Shown piece after piece: positions 44,544 through 54,490 of a DNA stretch of 64,000 bases. Numbering within the stretch: position 1 is the stretch's first letter; each line of letters starts with the position of its first letter. Under the pieces are notes generated by a model. It was not told where the DNA came from. It made no database searches and worked only from the letters and a program-made list of their open reading frames with translations. Made by a program: the position numbers and the translations under genes. This stretch comes from Myxococcota bacterium (lineage in GTDB: Bacteria; Myxococcota_A; UBA9042; PHBI01; JAWLBL01): positions 98,676 to 162,675 of the forward strand of contig JAWLBL010000010.1 of assembly GCA_041687695.1 (NCBI GenBank). The letters are read 5' to 3'.

Positions 44544-45749
44544 ATGGAACGAACCATGGACATCCAGATGAGCCAGGCACGGAAGACGCAGCCGTCGCAC
44601 GCCCAGGCGGGCGCGTCGCCCGGGCCGCGCCCGGAGGATGGGATGTACCCGATGCGCGTCGTCACCCGGCTGACGGGCCTGTCGGCCGACACCATCCGCG
44701 TCTGGGAGCGCCGCTACGACGCGGTGACGCCCAAGCGCACCGAGGGCAACGCCCGCCGGTACAGCCCCGAGGACGTCCGCCGGCTGAACCTGCTGCGCGA
44801 GGCGACCGAGCGCGGCCACGCGATCAGCGAGGTCGCCCGGCTATCGGAGCCCGATCTGCGTCGCATGCTGGCCGAGACGGCGCCCGTCGACGCGCGGGGG
44901 CTGGCGGACCAGGGTGGAAACCTGGACAGCGCCGCCGCTGAAACTCTGGACAGCGCCGATCGTGAAAAGCTGGACAACGCCGGCCGTGAAAAGCTGGACA
45001 CGGTCGCCGTCGAAGGCCTGGACACAGATGGACGCGGCGGTCCGATGGGGGCAGGGCGGGATGCGGGGGAGCGGATCTCGGCGCCCGACGCCGGCCCGAG
45101 CCCGCTCGAGGACGCGGTCTACGGCCGCTTCTGCGCCGAGTACCTGGACGCCATCCGGCGCTTCGAGGTGCGGCGCGGCGCCGACATGCTGTCCGCCTGC
45201 GCGCTGCTGCTCGAGCCTCGCGCGATCCTCTTCGAGGTCGTCCAGCCGACGCTGGCCGAGGTGGCGCGCCGCTGCGGGACGGGGGCGATGAGCGTCGCCC
45301 ACGAGCACCTCGTCACGGTGCAGCTCAAGGGGCTCGTGTCGCAGATCGCGCGGCAGCTCCCGCGCCCCGCCGCCGACGCGCCGCGGGTGCTGCTGGCCAC
45401 GCCCGCCGGCCATCCGGCCGACTTCGGGGCGCTGGTGGCGTCCTTCCTGGCCGGCGCGCGCGGGTTCGACGCGATCTACCTGGGATCCGATCTGGCCGAG
45501 CGCGACCTCGACAGCGGGCTCGCCCTGAGCGAGGCGCGTCTGTTGATCCTGGACGTCTCGCGGCCGGCGCCCGCGGTCGATCCGGCGGCGCTGGCGGGCA
45601 GCCTCGCGCGGCTGGCGCGGCGGGCCGAGGTCTGGCTGACCGGGCCGGCCGGCCACCCGGTCGTGCGGGCCGCCCGGGCCGTCGCGGGGGTCTCGGTGTT
45701 CGAGGGCCCCGCCGCGCTGGACGAGGCTCTGGCGCGCGCCGCGCGGTAG
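44544..45749 (+). CDS. MerR-family regulator, CarH/CarA/LitR-like, with degenerate B12-binding domain
   Basis: YPMRVVTRLTGLSADTIRVWERRY..VTPKRTEGNARRYS, GHAISEVA, SVAHEH, YLGSDL; start could be 44556, 44568 or 44643 (GGAGGA upstream). Confidence 0.88.
   Translation: MERTMDIQMSQARKTQPSHAQAGASPGPRPEDGMYPMRVVTRLTGLSADTIRVWERRYDAVTPKRTEGNARRYSPEDVRRLNLLREATERGHAISEVARLSEPDLRRMLAETAPVDARGLADQGGNLDSAAAETLDSADREKLDNAGREKLDTVAVEGLDTDGRGGPMGAGRDAGERISAPDAGPSPLEDAVYGRFCAEYLDAIRRFEVRRGADMLSACALLLEPRAILFEVVQPTLAEVARRCGTGAMSVAHEHLVTVQLKGLVSQIARQLPRPAADAPRVLLATPAGHPADFGALVASFLAGARGFDAIYLGSDLAERDLDSGLALSEARLLILDVSRPAPAVDPAALAGSLARLARRAEVWLTGPAGHPVVRAARAVAGVSVFEGPAALDEALARAAR
44917..45034 (+). repeat. Five 24-bp tandem repeats with CTGGACA core inside the regulator CDS
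   Basis: TGGACA at 44923, 44947, 44971, 44995, 45019; encodes NLDSAAAE/TLDSADRE/KLDNAGRE/KLDTVAVE/GLDT. Confidence 0.9.
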
Positions 45750-45817
45750 CTGCGGGCCGGCTGGAAGCCGGCGATCCCAGCGGGGGGCCGAGTTGGTCGC
45801 TGGTCGGCCGGCTCGAA

Positions 45818-45989
45818 GAGGGTGTCGTATTGATGCCGGCTGAGGCGGCCATGGAGTGCTCCGGCTTGCCGGAGCCCCGGCCCCGGCGGCTTGCCGCCGG
45901 GATCTGGCCGCCAAACCCGGCGCAGCAAGCTGCGCCGATGGGGGCTCCACCAAGGTGGAGCACTCCGGTTCGGCTTTTGCGACACCCTC
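45818..45989. mobile_element. MITE-like 172-bp insert with terminal inverted repeats and 5-bp target duplication
   Basis: Ends GAGGGTGTCG / CGACACCCTC; TCGAA at 45813-45817 and 45990-45994. Confidence 0.7.
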
Positions 45990-46045
45990 TCGAAGCCGGC
46001 GATCCCGGCAGGGGGCCGAGTCGGTCGCCAATGGGCCGGCTGGGA

Positions 46046-46213
46046 GAGGCTGTCGCATGAGGGCACTGACCGCGGGCCGCAGGCCCGCTTTCGGAGTGCT
46101 CGGCCCATGGCCGAGCTTTGCGCCGGCTCGGCCGGCGCGGCGGGTGCTAGCGTCTCCTCCCCGCTTCGAACTCACGCGCTGGAGCCCCTGCGCGAGCTCA
46201 CTACGACACCCTG
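46046..46213. mobile_element. Second MITE-like 168-bp insert with related ends
   Basis: Ends GAGGCTGTCGCA / TACGACACCCTG; flanks TGGGA and TAGAA (degenerate duplication). Confidence 0.55.
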
Positions 46214-46310
46214 TAGAAGCCGGCGAGCGCGGCAGGGGGCCGGGGCGGTCGCCAGTGGGCCGGCTGGGAGCCAGCGGTGCCGGGGGCGGACGCTTCGCGG
46301 CGACGCTGCT

Positions 46311-47951
46311 TCAGGAGGTGGTCGGGTCGTGGCCGGACTCGTGGGCGGCCAGCAGGGCGCGGAGGGTGTCCAGGGTGTCGGCCTCGGCGGCGGGCTTGTC
46401 GCGGCGCCAGCGCAGGATGCGCGGGAAGCGGAGCGCGAGGCCCGACTTGTGGCGGGGCGAGCGCTGAAGGCCCTCGAAGGCCAGCTCGAAGACCTGCTCG
46501 GGGGCGACCACGCGGACCGGGCCGTGGCGCTCGCGGGTGTGGCGGCGCAGCCACGGGTCCAGCGCACGGATCTCGTCGTCGGTCAGGCCCGAGTAGGCCT
46601 TGGCGATGGGGACCAGGGCGCCCTCGTGCCAGACCGCGAAGCCATAATCGGTCAGCAGGCTGGCGCGTCGGCCCGAGCCGGGCTGGGCCGTGACCAGCAC
46701 CGCGTCGATCGAGTACGGATCGACCTTCCACTTCCACCACACGCCGCGGCGGCGGCCGGCCAGGTAGCGCGCGTCCAGGCGCTTGAGCATCAGGCCCTCG
46801 ACCCCGCGGGCGCGCGCCTCGTCGCGCTGGCGTGCCAGATCGGGCCAATCGGCGGCGGTGACTACGGGCGACAGGCGCAGCCGCGGGTTGGCCCCGGCCA
46901 ACAGGCCCTCGAGGCGGGCGCGCCGCTCGCTCAGCGGGCGCTCGCGCAGATCCTGGCCGTCCTGCTCGAGCAGATCGTAGGCGACCAGGGCGGCCGGCGC
47001 CTCGGCGAGCACCTTGCGCGTCAGCGTCTTGCGGCCGATGCGGCGCTGCAGGCGCGCGAAGGGCAGGGGGGCGTCGCCCTGCCAGGCCAGGATCTCGCCG
47101 TCGAGCACCGTGCCGTCGGGCAGCGTGGCCGCGGCCTCGACGATCTCGGGGAATCGCTCGGTCACCAGCTCCTCGCCCCGCGACCACACGAAGGTCTCGC
47201 CCGCGCGGCGGATGAGCTGCGCCCGGATGCCGTCCCACTTCCACTCGGCCAGGAAGTCGGCGACAGGACCGAGCGCCTCGGGCGGGCCATCGAGCGGGGC
47301 CGCGAGCAGGAACGGGTAGGGTTGCGACCGGTGGGCCCCGGGCGCTTCGGCGGCCAGGACGCCCTCGAGCCAGGCGGCGGTCGGCTCGCCCGGCCCCATC
47401 AGGCGGTGGGAGACGACCGCGGGCGGCAGGTCGGCCAGCTCGGCCAGGGCCCGGACCACCAGGGTCCGTGAGACGCCGACCCGCAGCTCGCCCGTCAGCA
47501 GCTTGTTCAGGATGAAGCGCGCGTCGGTGTCGAGCCCCGCCCACCAGCCCTCGACGGCGGCGCGCTGCTGGTCGGGCGGCAGCGCGGCGAGGGGGAGCAG
47601 GCGCTCGTCCATCCAGCGGGACAGCGGCAGGTCGTCGTCGAGGCGCGGGTCCGACGGGCCGCCGGGCGGGTGGACCAGATCCAGCAGCAAGGCGGTCGCC
47701 TCGGCCTGGTCGCCCACCGGGTGGTACGCCTCGGCGGCGAGCCAGGCCGGAAGAGCCGCGCTCTCGGCGGCCCACGACAGCAGCTGGCCACCCGGCAGCA
47801 AGCGCTTGATGCGCCAGCCGCTGAGGAAGAGCAGGCCCCAGGCCGCGTCCTCGCGGGGCGTCGCCTCGAAGTAGGCGCGCAGGGCGGCGACCTTGCGGCT
47901 GGTCGAGGTGGTGCGATCGAGCGCGCGGTACAGGGCCAGAAAGCGCTTCAC
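46311..47951 (-). CDS. ATP-dependent DNA ligase
   Basis: EWKWDGIRAQ, VLDGEIL, AYDLLE, EGLMLKR, WWKWK, LRFPRI; GTGA overlap. Confidence 0.95.
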   Translation of the reverse strand: MKRFLALYRALDRTTSTSRKVAALRAYFEATPREDAAWGLLFLSGWRIKRLLPGGQLLSWAAESAALPAWLAAEAYHPVGDQAEATALLLDLVHPPGGPSDPRLDDDLPLSRWMDERLLPLAALPPDQQRAAVEGWWAGLDTDARFILNKLLTGELRVGVSRTLVVRALAELADLPPAVVSHRLMGPGEPTAAWLEGVLAAEAPGAHRSQPYPFLLAAPLDGPPEALGPVADFLAEWKWDGIRAQLIRRAGETFVWSRGEELVTERFPEIVEAAATLPDGTVLDGEILAWQGDAPLPFARLQRRIGRKTLTRKVLAEAPAALVAYDLLEQDGQDLRERPLSERRARLEGLLAGANPRLRLSPVVTAADWPDLARQRDEARARGVEGLMLKRLDARYLAGRRRGVWWKWKVDPYSIDAVLVTAQPGSGRRASLLTDYGFAVWHEGALVPIAKAYSGLTDDEIRALDPWLRRHTRERHGPVRVVAPEQVFELAFEGLQRSPRHKSGLALRFPRILRWRRDKPAAEADTLDTLRALLAAHESGHDPTTS

Positions 47952-48946
47952 AGCGCGCCTCCGATGGCCCAGGCGTCGGCGGTCAGGCCCTGCTCGTTCA
48001 GGTAGCGCGCGAGGACGTCGGCGTGGCCGTGCATGGCGACGACGCGGCGGGCGCCGGTGTCGGCGATGGTGCGCAGCAGATCGGGCCAGTCGGCGTGGTC
48101 GGACAGGACGAAGCCGCGATCGAAGCCGCGGCGCCGGCGCACGCCCCGGATGCGCATCATCCCCGAGGCGAAGCCGTGGTCGGCGTCCTTGAAGCGGCGC
48201 GTCCAGGGCGAGCGCCAGGCGAGCGGCGGCGCCAGGATGAGCTCGCCGGCCCAGCGGCGGCGGTCGCGGGCGCCCTCGCCGGTCGGGATGGTCTCGGGCA
48301 GGTGGACGCCGGCCTGGCGGTACAGCTCGGTCGGGGCGACGTGGGCGCCGTGCAGCCAGACGCGGCGCTCGGTGCGGCGCGCCAGCTCGGCCAGCAGGCG
48401 CTGGGCCTTGCCGACCGAGTAGCAGTACAGGACCGAGGGGCGGCCTTCGGCGCGGCCGGCGTCCCACCAGGCCAGGATCTCTTCCATGACCAGGTCGGGG
48501 TCCGGCCAGCGGAAGATGGGCAGGGCGAAGGTGGACTCGGTGACGAAGACGTCGCAGGGGACGACCTCGAAGGGGGCGCAGGTGGGATCGGGGGCGCGCT
48601 TGTAGTCGCCGGCGACCACCCAGACCGGCGCGTCGGGGGCCTCGAGGCGCACCTGGGCGGCGCCGAGCACGTGGCCCGAGGGGTGGAAGGAGAGGGTGAC
48701 GTCGCCGAGCTGGAAGGGCTGGCCGAAGGGGACGGGCTGGAGGTCGGCGTCGGGGCCCAGGCGGTGGCGGATGAGCGGCTCGGATGGCGCAGGCACGAAG
48801 TAGCGGCCCGAGCCGGGGCGGGCGTGGTCGGCGTGGGCGTGGGTGACGACGGCGACCGAGACCGGCTGCGACGGGTCGATGTGGAAGCCGCCGCGCGGGC
48901 AGTGCAGGCCGTGAGGCGTCGGGGCGAGGAGGTCGCCGGGGCTCAT
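47948..48946 (-). CDS. Ligase-associated DNA damage response exonuclease (MBL fold)
   Basis: THAHADHARPG, GHVLGAAQ, GDYKR, TESTFALP, SVGKAQR, LSDHADW. Confidence 0.93.
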   Translation of the reverse strand: MSPGDLLAPTPHGLHCPRGGFHIDPSQPVSVAVVTHAHADHARPGSGRYFVPAPSEPLIRHRLGPDADLQPVPFGQPFQLGDVTLSFHPSGHVLGAAQVRLEAPDAPVWVVAGDYKRAPDPTCAPFEVVPCDVFVTESTFALPIFRWPDPDLVMEEILAWWDAGRAEGRPSVLYCYSVGKAQRLLAELARRTERRVWLHGAHVAPTELYRQAGVHLPETIPTGEGARDRRRWAGELILAPPLAWRSPWTRRFKDADHGFASGMMRIRGVRRRRGFDRGFVLSDHADWPDLLRTIADTGARRVVAMHGHADVLARYLNEQGLTADAWAIGGAL

Positions 48947-48949
48947 GGA

Positions 48950-49435
48950 CTAGAGCGAGGGCAGGGTGGGGCGCGGGATGGGGACCTGGCCGGCGCCGGA
49001 GACCGGGACGTTCACGACGCCGAGCGGCGTGGAGAAGCCGAAGCGGGTCTGGATGCGGTAGTCGGCGCGGTCGCGGCCGATGAGGGCGGGGACGATGCGG
49101 ATGATGTCGGTGTAGCGGAGGGTGACCGGCAGGATCATGGTGGAGTCGCCGCGGGGCTCGAGGCGGACGCCGGCGTCGGAGGCGCCGGTGGCGAGCTGGT
49201 GGCCCTGGAGATCGAGGGTGTAGCTGAAGGTCTCGAGGACGACCTGCACCGGGTTGGGGTTGTCGATGGCGAAGGCGAAGTCGAGGTCGACCTGGGTGAG
49301 GTCGATGTTTCGGACCGCGACGTTCTGGAAGCTGACGTCGGGGGTGAAGCGCTCGAGGACGCCGCCGGGGCCGCAGCCTAGCGGGGAGAGGGCGAGCAGG
49401 GCGAGCGCGAGCGGGGCGAGGACGCGGCGGAGCAT
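48950..49435 (-). CDS. LEA type 2 (WHy domain) lipoprotein
   Basis: Lipobox PLGC; IDNPNPV. Confidence 0.85.
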   Translation of the reverse strand: MLRRVLAPLALALLALSPLGCGPGGVLERFTPDVSFQNVAVRNIDLTQVDLDFAFAIDNPNPVQVVLETFSYTLDLQGHQLATGASDAGVRLEPRGDSTMILPVTLRYTDIIRIVPALIGRDRADYRIQTRFGFSTPLGVVNVPVSGAGQVPIPRPTLPSL

Positions 49436-49539
49436 GGACGCCTCTCGGGGGCAGCGGGGATGGCGTCATGGTCGCGCCGGGTGAGGGGCCGGACAAGCCC
49501 GCGGGCGCGGGGGGGCCTCGCCGGAGGCGGCCGTTTCGC

Positions 49540-50343
49540 TCAGCTGGAGGCGCTTGTGTAGTAGCGCAGGGCGAAGCGCCAGAAGGCCCGGGCGGCGAGC
49601 AGCATGGCCAGCGACAGGGCGACGGCCCCGAGCAGCCAGGGGGTGGCGCCGCGGCCGAGGAACCACTCGGCGGGGGTGGTCGTGAGGAAGGCGACCGGGA
49701 CGACGAAGGTGAAGAAGAAGCGCCAGGCGGCGGGGTAGGCGGCCATGGGGAAGCGGCCGGCCTCGAGCAGGCCGCGCAGGACCTCGGTGACGTTGTAGAC
49801 CTTGACGAACCAGATGGAGGTCGCGCCGAGGATGAACCACAGGCCGTAGAGGGTGGCGACGGCGCAGACGAAGGCGGGCAGGGCCAGCAGCCAGGCGGTC
49901 CAGGGGAGCTCGAGGCGCCAGGCGGCCCAGGCGACGACGGCGAGGCCGAAGCCGAGGTCGGGCAGGCCCCAGGGGGAGACGGTGCGGGTCGAGAGCCAGA
50001 ACTGGCTGTCGATGGGCTTGAGGAGGACGAAGTCGAGGGTGCCGGTCTCGACGTGGCGGACGATGCGGCCCAGGTTGGGGCGGAGGAAGGCGGCGGCGAA
50101 GCCCTGCAGGAGCGTGGACAGGCCCATGACGACCAGGGCCTCCTCCCAGCGCCAGCCGTCGAAGGTGTAGCCGCCCTGGTAGAAGAGCGAGAGGGCGAAG
50201 ACGCTCAGGGCCAGGTTGCCGAGGCTGGAGGCGGCGGCGAGGGCGAAGTTGGTGCGGTACTCCAGCTCGGCGGCGAGCGAGGTCGACCAGAACAGGCGCA
50301 GGACGCGCAGGTAGCGGGGGCGGGTGGCGGCGGGCGTCGTCAT
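49540..50343 (-). CDS. ABC-2 type transporter permease
   Basis: ELEYRTNF, GTLDFVLLKPIDSQF, GRFP, YTSASS end. Confidence 0.92.
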   Translation of the reverse strand: MTTPAATRPRYLRVLRLFWSTSLAAELEYRTNFALAAASSLGNLALSVFALSLFYQGGYTFDGWRWEEALVVMGLSTLLQGFAAAFLRPNLGRIVRHVETGTLDFVLLKPIDSQFWLSTRTVSPWGLPDLGFGLAVVAWAAWRLELPWTAWLLALPAFVCAVATLYGLWFILGATSIWFVKVYNVTEVLRGLLEAGRFPMAAYPAAWRFFFTFVVPVAFLTTTPAEWFLGRGATPWLLGAVALSLAMLLAARAFWRFALRYYTSASS

Positions 50344-51142
50344 GCGCCCATCGCGGAGAAGTGGCGCAGGCCGCGGCGCCAAAGGAAGCGGTTGAGGGCG
50401 AGGAGGACGAGGCACCAGGCGCCGAGGACGGCGGCGGCGGTGGCGAGGGAGCCGCTGACGGGCGGGCGGCCGAGCAGGAGGTTGGCCGGGACGTCGAGCA
50501 GGTAGGGGAAGGGCGTCCAGAGGGCGACCTCGCGGACGGCCGGGGGGTAGACCTCGAGCGGGGCGAGCAGGCCCGAGAGCAGGAAGTAGGCGAGGAAGCC
50601 GAAGTCCCACAGGGCGCTGGCGCGCTCGGTCCAGAAGGCCAGCATCGAGAGGGTGTACTGGAGCAGGAAGAAGGTGGCGAAGGAGACGTGGACGGCGACG
50701 AGGAAGAGGGCGAGGTCGGAGAGCGACGGGGTGAAGCGCGCCTGGGGGTACAGCCACAGGAAGAGGGCGACCAGGGCGGCGGCGAAGGGCAGGCGGGCGA
50801 GGCGCTCGCCGAGGTGGGCGGCGACGTGGCGCCAGACGGGGTCGATGGGCTGCATGAGGCGGGAGGCGAGCTTGCCCTCGACGACCTCGACCTCGAAGTC
50901 CCAGATGACCCAGACGACGGTGAGCTGGCGGACGATGAAGACCGCCATGAAGTAGCGGGCGAAGTCGGCGGGTCCGAGGGCGAAGTCGCCGCCGCGGGCG
51001 GCCTCGACCCAGGCGCCCATCATGATGAAGGGCAGGGTGTGGGCCAGGGCCCAGAAGAAGATCTCGGCCCGGTACTCGAGCATGTGGGCGTAGTAGACGC
51101 CGAGGAGCGCGCGGGCCTTGCGGGTCAGGCGGGCGAGCGGGC

Positions 51143-51146
<4 letters not shown>
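50340..51146 (-). CDS. ABC-2 type transporter permease
   Basis: MLEYRAE, EGKLASRLMQP, LSGLLAPL, WRRGLRHFSAMGA. Confidence 0.92.
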
Positions 51147-52123
<977 letters not shown>

Positions 52124-52140
52124 CGGGGGCGGCGGGGCGC

Positions 52141-52824
52141 TCAGGGCGGGGTCAGGCGGCGGCGGACGATGTGCGCGAGGATGCGCGCGCCGTCGCGGAA
52201 GCTGTGGAGGCCGCTCTGGCCGTGGGCGCGGGCGCGGCGGGTCACGGGGACCTCGACCACGCGGCCGCCGGCGCGCAGGACGCCGAGCAGGAGGTCGACC
52301 TCTATGTTGTAGCGCTCGGCGGTCAGGTGGACGCGCTCGACGGCGCTGCGGCGGACCACGCGGAAGCCGGCCTGGGTGTCGGTCAGGCGGGCGCGGAACA
52401 GGACGTTCGCGGCCTGGGTCAGCAGGACGTTGCCGACGCGGTTGAGCGGGGTGATGGCGCCGTGGTGGAAGGTGCCCATGAAGCGCGAGCCGACGACCAT
52501 GTCGACGTCGGGGGCCAGGGCGTCGAGCAGGCGCGGGATGTCCTCGGGGTCGTCCTGGCCGTCGGCGTCGAGGAAGAGGAAGACGTCGCCCTTGGCGTGG
52601 GTGAGCCCGTGGCGGATGGCGACGCCCTTGCCGCGGTTGATGGGCAGGCGGAGGACCGTGGCGCCGGCGGCCTCGGCCAGGGCGGCGGTGTCGTCGCGGG
52701 AGCCGTCGTCGACGACCAGGATCTCGCGCAGGCCGGGGGTGCTGGCGCGGCAGCGCGCGATGACGTCGGCGATGGTGGGGGCCTCGTCCTTGGCGGCGAG
52801 GATGATGGAGACGTCGTGGGCCAA
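52141..52824 (-). CDS. Glycosyltransferase family 2 (polyprenol-phosphate glycosyltransferase-like)
   Basis: VVDDGSRD, NRGKG, LDADGQD, VVGSRF, TDTQAGFR. Confidence 0.92.
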   Translation of the reverse strand: MAHDVSIILAAKDEAPTIADVIARCRASTPGLREILVVDDGSRDDTAALAEAAGATVLRLPINRGKGVAIRHGLTHAKGDVFLFLDADGQDDPEDIPRLLDALAPDVDMVVGSRFMGTFHHGAITPLNRVGNVLLTQAANVLFRARLTDTQAGFRVVRRSAVERVHLTAERYNIEVDLLLGVLRAGGRVVEVPVTRRARAHGQSGLHSFRDGARILAHIVRRRLTPP

Positions 52825-52921
52825 GGGGCGGGCGCTCCGGAGCGGGTCGGGGGGCCGGTCGGTGGCGCCGTACTATGGGGGCTCGGTCGGGCGCGGGCAA
52901 GCGCGCGCTCGCCCGTGGCGG

Positions 52922-53482
52922 TCAGCAGCCGTCGGCGGGGTCGTAGACCTGGATCCAGGGCTCGCCGACGGGGAGCAGCCGGCGGCCGTCGAAGGTGAAG
53001 GACTCCTCGACGAAGGCGACGGGGCGCTCGGAGGCGTCGTCGTCCTGGGCGGGCGTGGTGCGGTAGACCGTGATCTCGCCGTCGACCAGATCGAAGCCGT
53101 CGACCCGGCCGTCGGCGGGCAGGGCGACGGAGGCGCGCAGGGCCAGGGGCGCCGTAGGGGAGGGGGCGGCGAAGACCTGCAGGCGCGTGGCCTCGGCGCA
53201 GGGGGCGTCGTGCGTGGAGGGGCAGAGGCGCTCGCGCGTGAGGGCGACCAGCTCGGGGCGGCCGTCGCCGTCGAGGTCGGCGCGGCGGGCGTCGTCGAGG
53301 TGGAGGGTGAGGACGCCGTCGGGCAGCGCGCGTGTCGCCAGGGCCTCGCCCGGCAGGCGGAGGGTGAGGGTGGCCTCGGCGAGGGTGGCGGGGACGTGGA
53401 CGGCCGTCGGCGCCGGGGCCGCGGCGGCGTGGTGGGTCGGGGCGAGGAGGGCGAGGGCGAGGAGGGCGGCGAAGCGGTGCAT
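52922..53482 (-). CDS. Hypothetical secreted protein with one FG-GAP-like loop
   Basis: Signal peptide MHRFAALLALALLAP; ADLDGDGRPELV. Confidence 0.65.
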   Translation of the reverse strand: MHRFAALLALALLAPTHHAAAAPAPTAVHVPATLAEATLTLRLPGEALATRALPDGVLTLHLDDARRADLDGDGRPELVALTRERLCPSTHDAPCAEATRLQVFAAPSPTAPLALRASVALPADGRVDGFDLVDGEITVYRTTPAQDDDASERPVAFVEESFTFDGRRLLPVGEPWIQVYDPADGC

Positions 53483-53634
53483 GGCGAAGCTCCCGTGAAG
53501 GTCACAGGGAGCTTGTGCGAGGACCGTGCCAAGTGGTCTGAGTGGCGCCGTTGCTGGCGCGGGCTGACGGGCGGGGCGTGGGGTGTGTCAGCAGGGACAC
53601 GGCGCGGGCCGTGTCAACGAGGACACGATCGCCG

Positions 53635-54450
53635 TCAGCGGCCGGTGAAGACCGGGTCGCGCTTGTCGAGCAGGGCCTGCATGCCCTCGCGCGCGTCCTC
53701 GGTGGCGACGGTGAAGGCCTGGGCGTAGGCCTCGTCGAGGGCGGCGGGGCGCGGGTCCCAGCCGACGTTCTTGAGGATGGACCGCTTCATCATGCGCACC
53801 GCGGCCGGGGCGTTGGCGGCGATCTCGCGGGCGAGGGACAGCGCCTCGTCGAGGACGGCCGGGCCGGCGACGGCGCGGTTGACCAACCCCATGGCCTCGG
53901 CCTCGGCGCCGCGGACGAGGCGGCCGGTGTAGAGCAGCTCGGAGGCGCGCGGCAGGCCGACGAGGCGCGGCAGGATGTAGGTGACGGCCATCCCGGGGTG
54001 CAGGCCGAGGCGCGCGAAGTTGGCGCCGTACTTGGCCTCGCGGTTGGCGACCCGGAGGTCGCAGACGAGGGCGAGGCCGAAGCCGCCGCCGACCGCGTGG
54101 CCGTTCAGGGCGCCGATGACCGGGACCTCGATGTCCAACACGGCCAGGAAGGGCTGGTACATCGCGAAGGACTTCTCGTGGGGCATCAGCGGACGCCCGG
54201 TGTCCTCGCGCTGGATCTGCGAGCGGAAGTCGGCGCCGGCGCTGAAGCAGCTGCCGCGTCCGGTGATGACCACGCAGCGGGCCTCGGCGTCGGCGCGCGC
54301 CTCACGGGCGGCGCGGTGGAACGCGTCGAGCAGCTCGGGGGTCATGCTGTTGCGGCCGTCGGGCCGGTTGAGCGTGATGAGGCCGATGTGGCGCAGCTCG
54401 GTGTCCGGGGAGCCATCGGCGGGGGTGTAGAAGACGGCCTCGTCACGCAT
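53635..54450 (-). CDS. Enoyl-CoA hydratase/isomerase family protein
   Basis: ITLNRP, FSAGAD, NGHAVGGG, ELLYTGR, EDAREG. Confidence 0.92.
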   Translation of the reverse strand: MRDEAVFYTPADGSPDTELRHIGLITLNRPDGRNSMTPELLDAFHRAAREARADAEARCVVITGRGSCFSAGADFRSQIQREDTGRPLMPHEKSFAMYQPFLAVLDIEVPVIGALNGHAVGGGFGLALVCDLRVANREAKYGANFARLGLHPGMAVTYILPRLVGLPRASELLYTGRLVRGAEAEAMGLVNRAVAGPAVLDEALSLAREIAANAPAAVRMMKRSILKNVGWDPRPAALDEAYAQAFTVATEDAREGMQALLDKRDPVFTGR

Positions 54451-54490
54451 GCAAGGAACCTTTCGGGTCGGTCGGGCGGTCAGGGAACGG

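Larger units (their letters stand above)
45753..46285. repeat. Tandem REP-like array between convergent genes
   Basis: Core GAAGCCGGCGA..GGGGGCCG..GGTCGC..GGCCGGCT at 45764, 45992, 46216; empty-site hairpin GCCGGCTGGAAGCCGGC at 45756-45772. Confidence 0.85.

Noticed and set aside
45753..46285. CRISPR array (three repeats with unique spacers)
   Set aside because: Units are too long and degenerate, spacers are ~170 bp and palindromic, no cas genes; better explained as REP-like units with inserts
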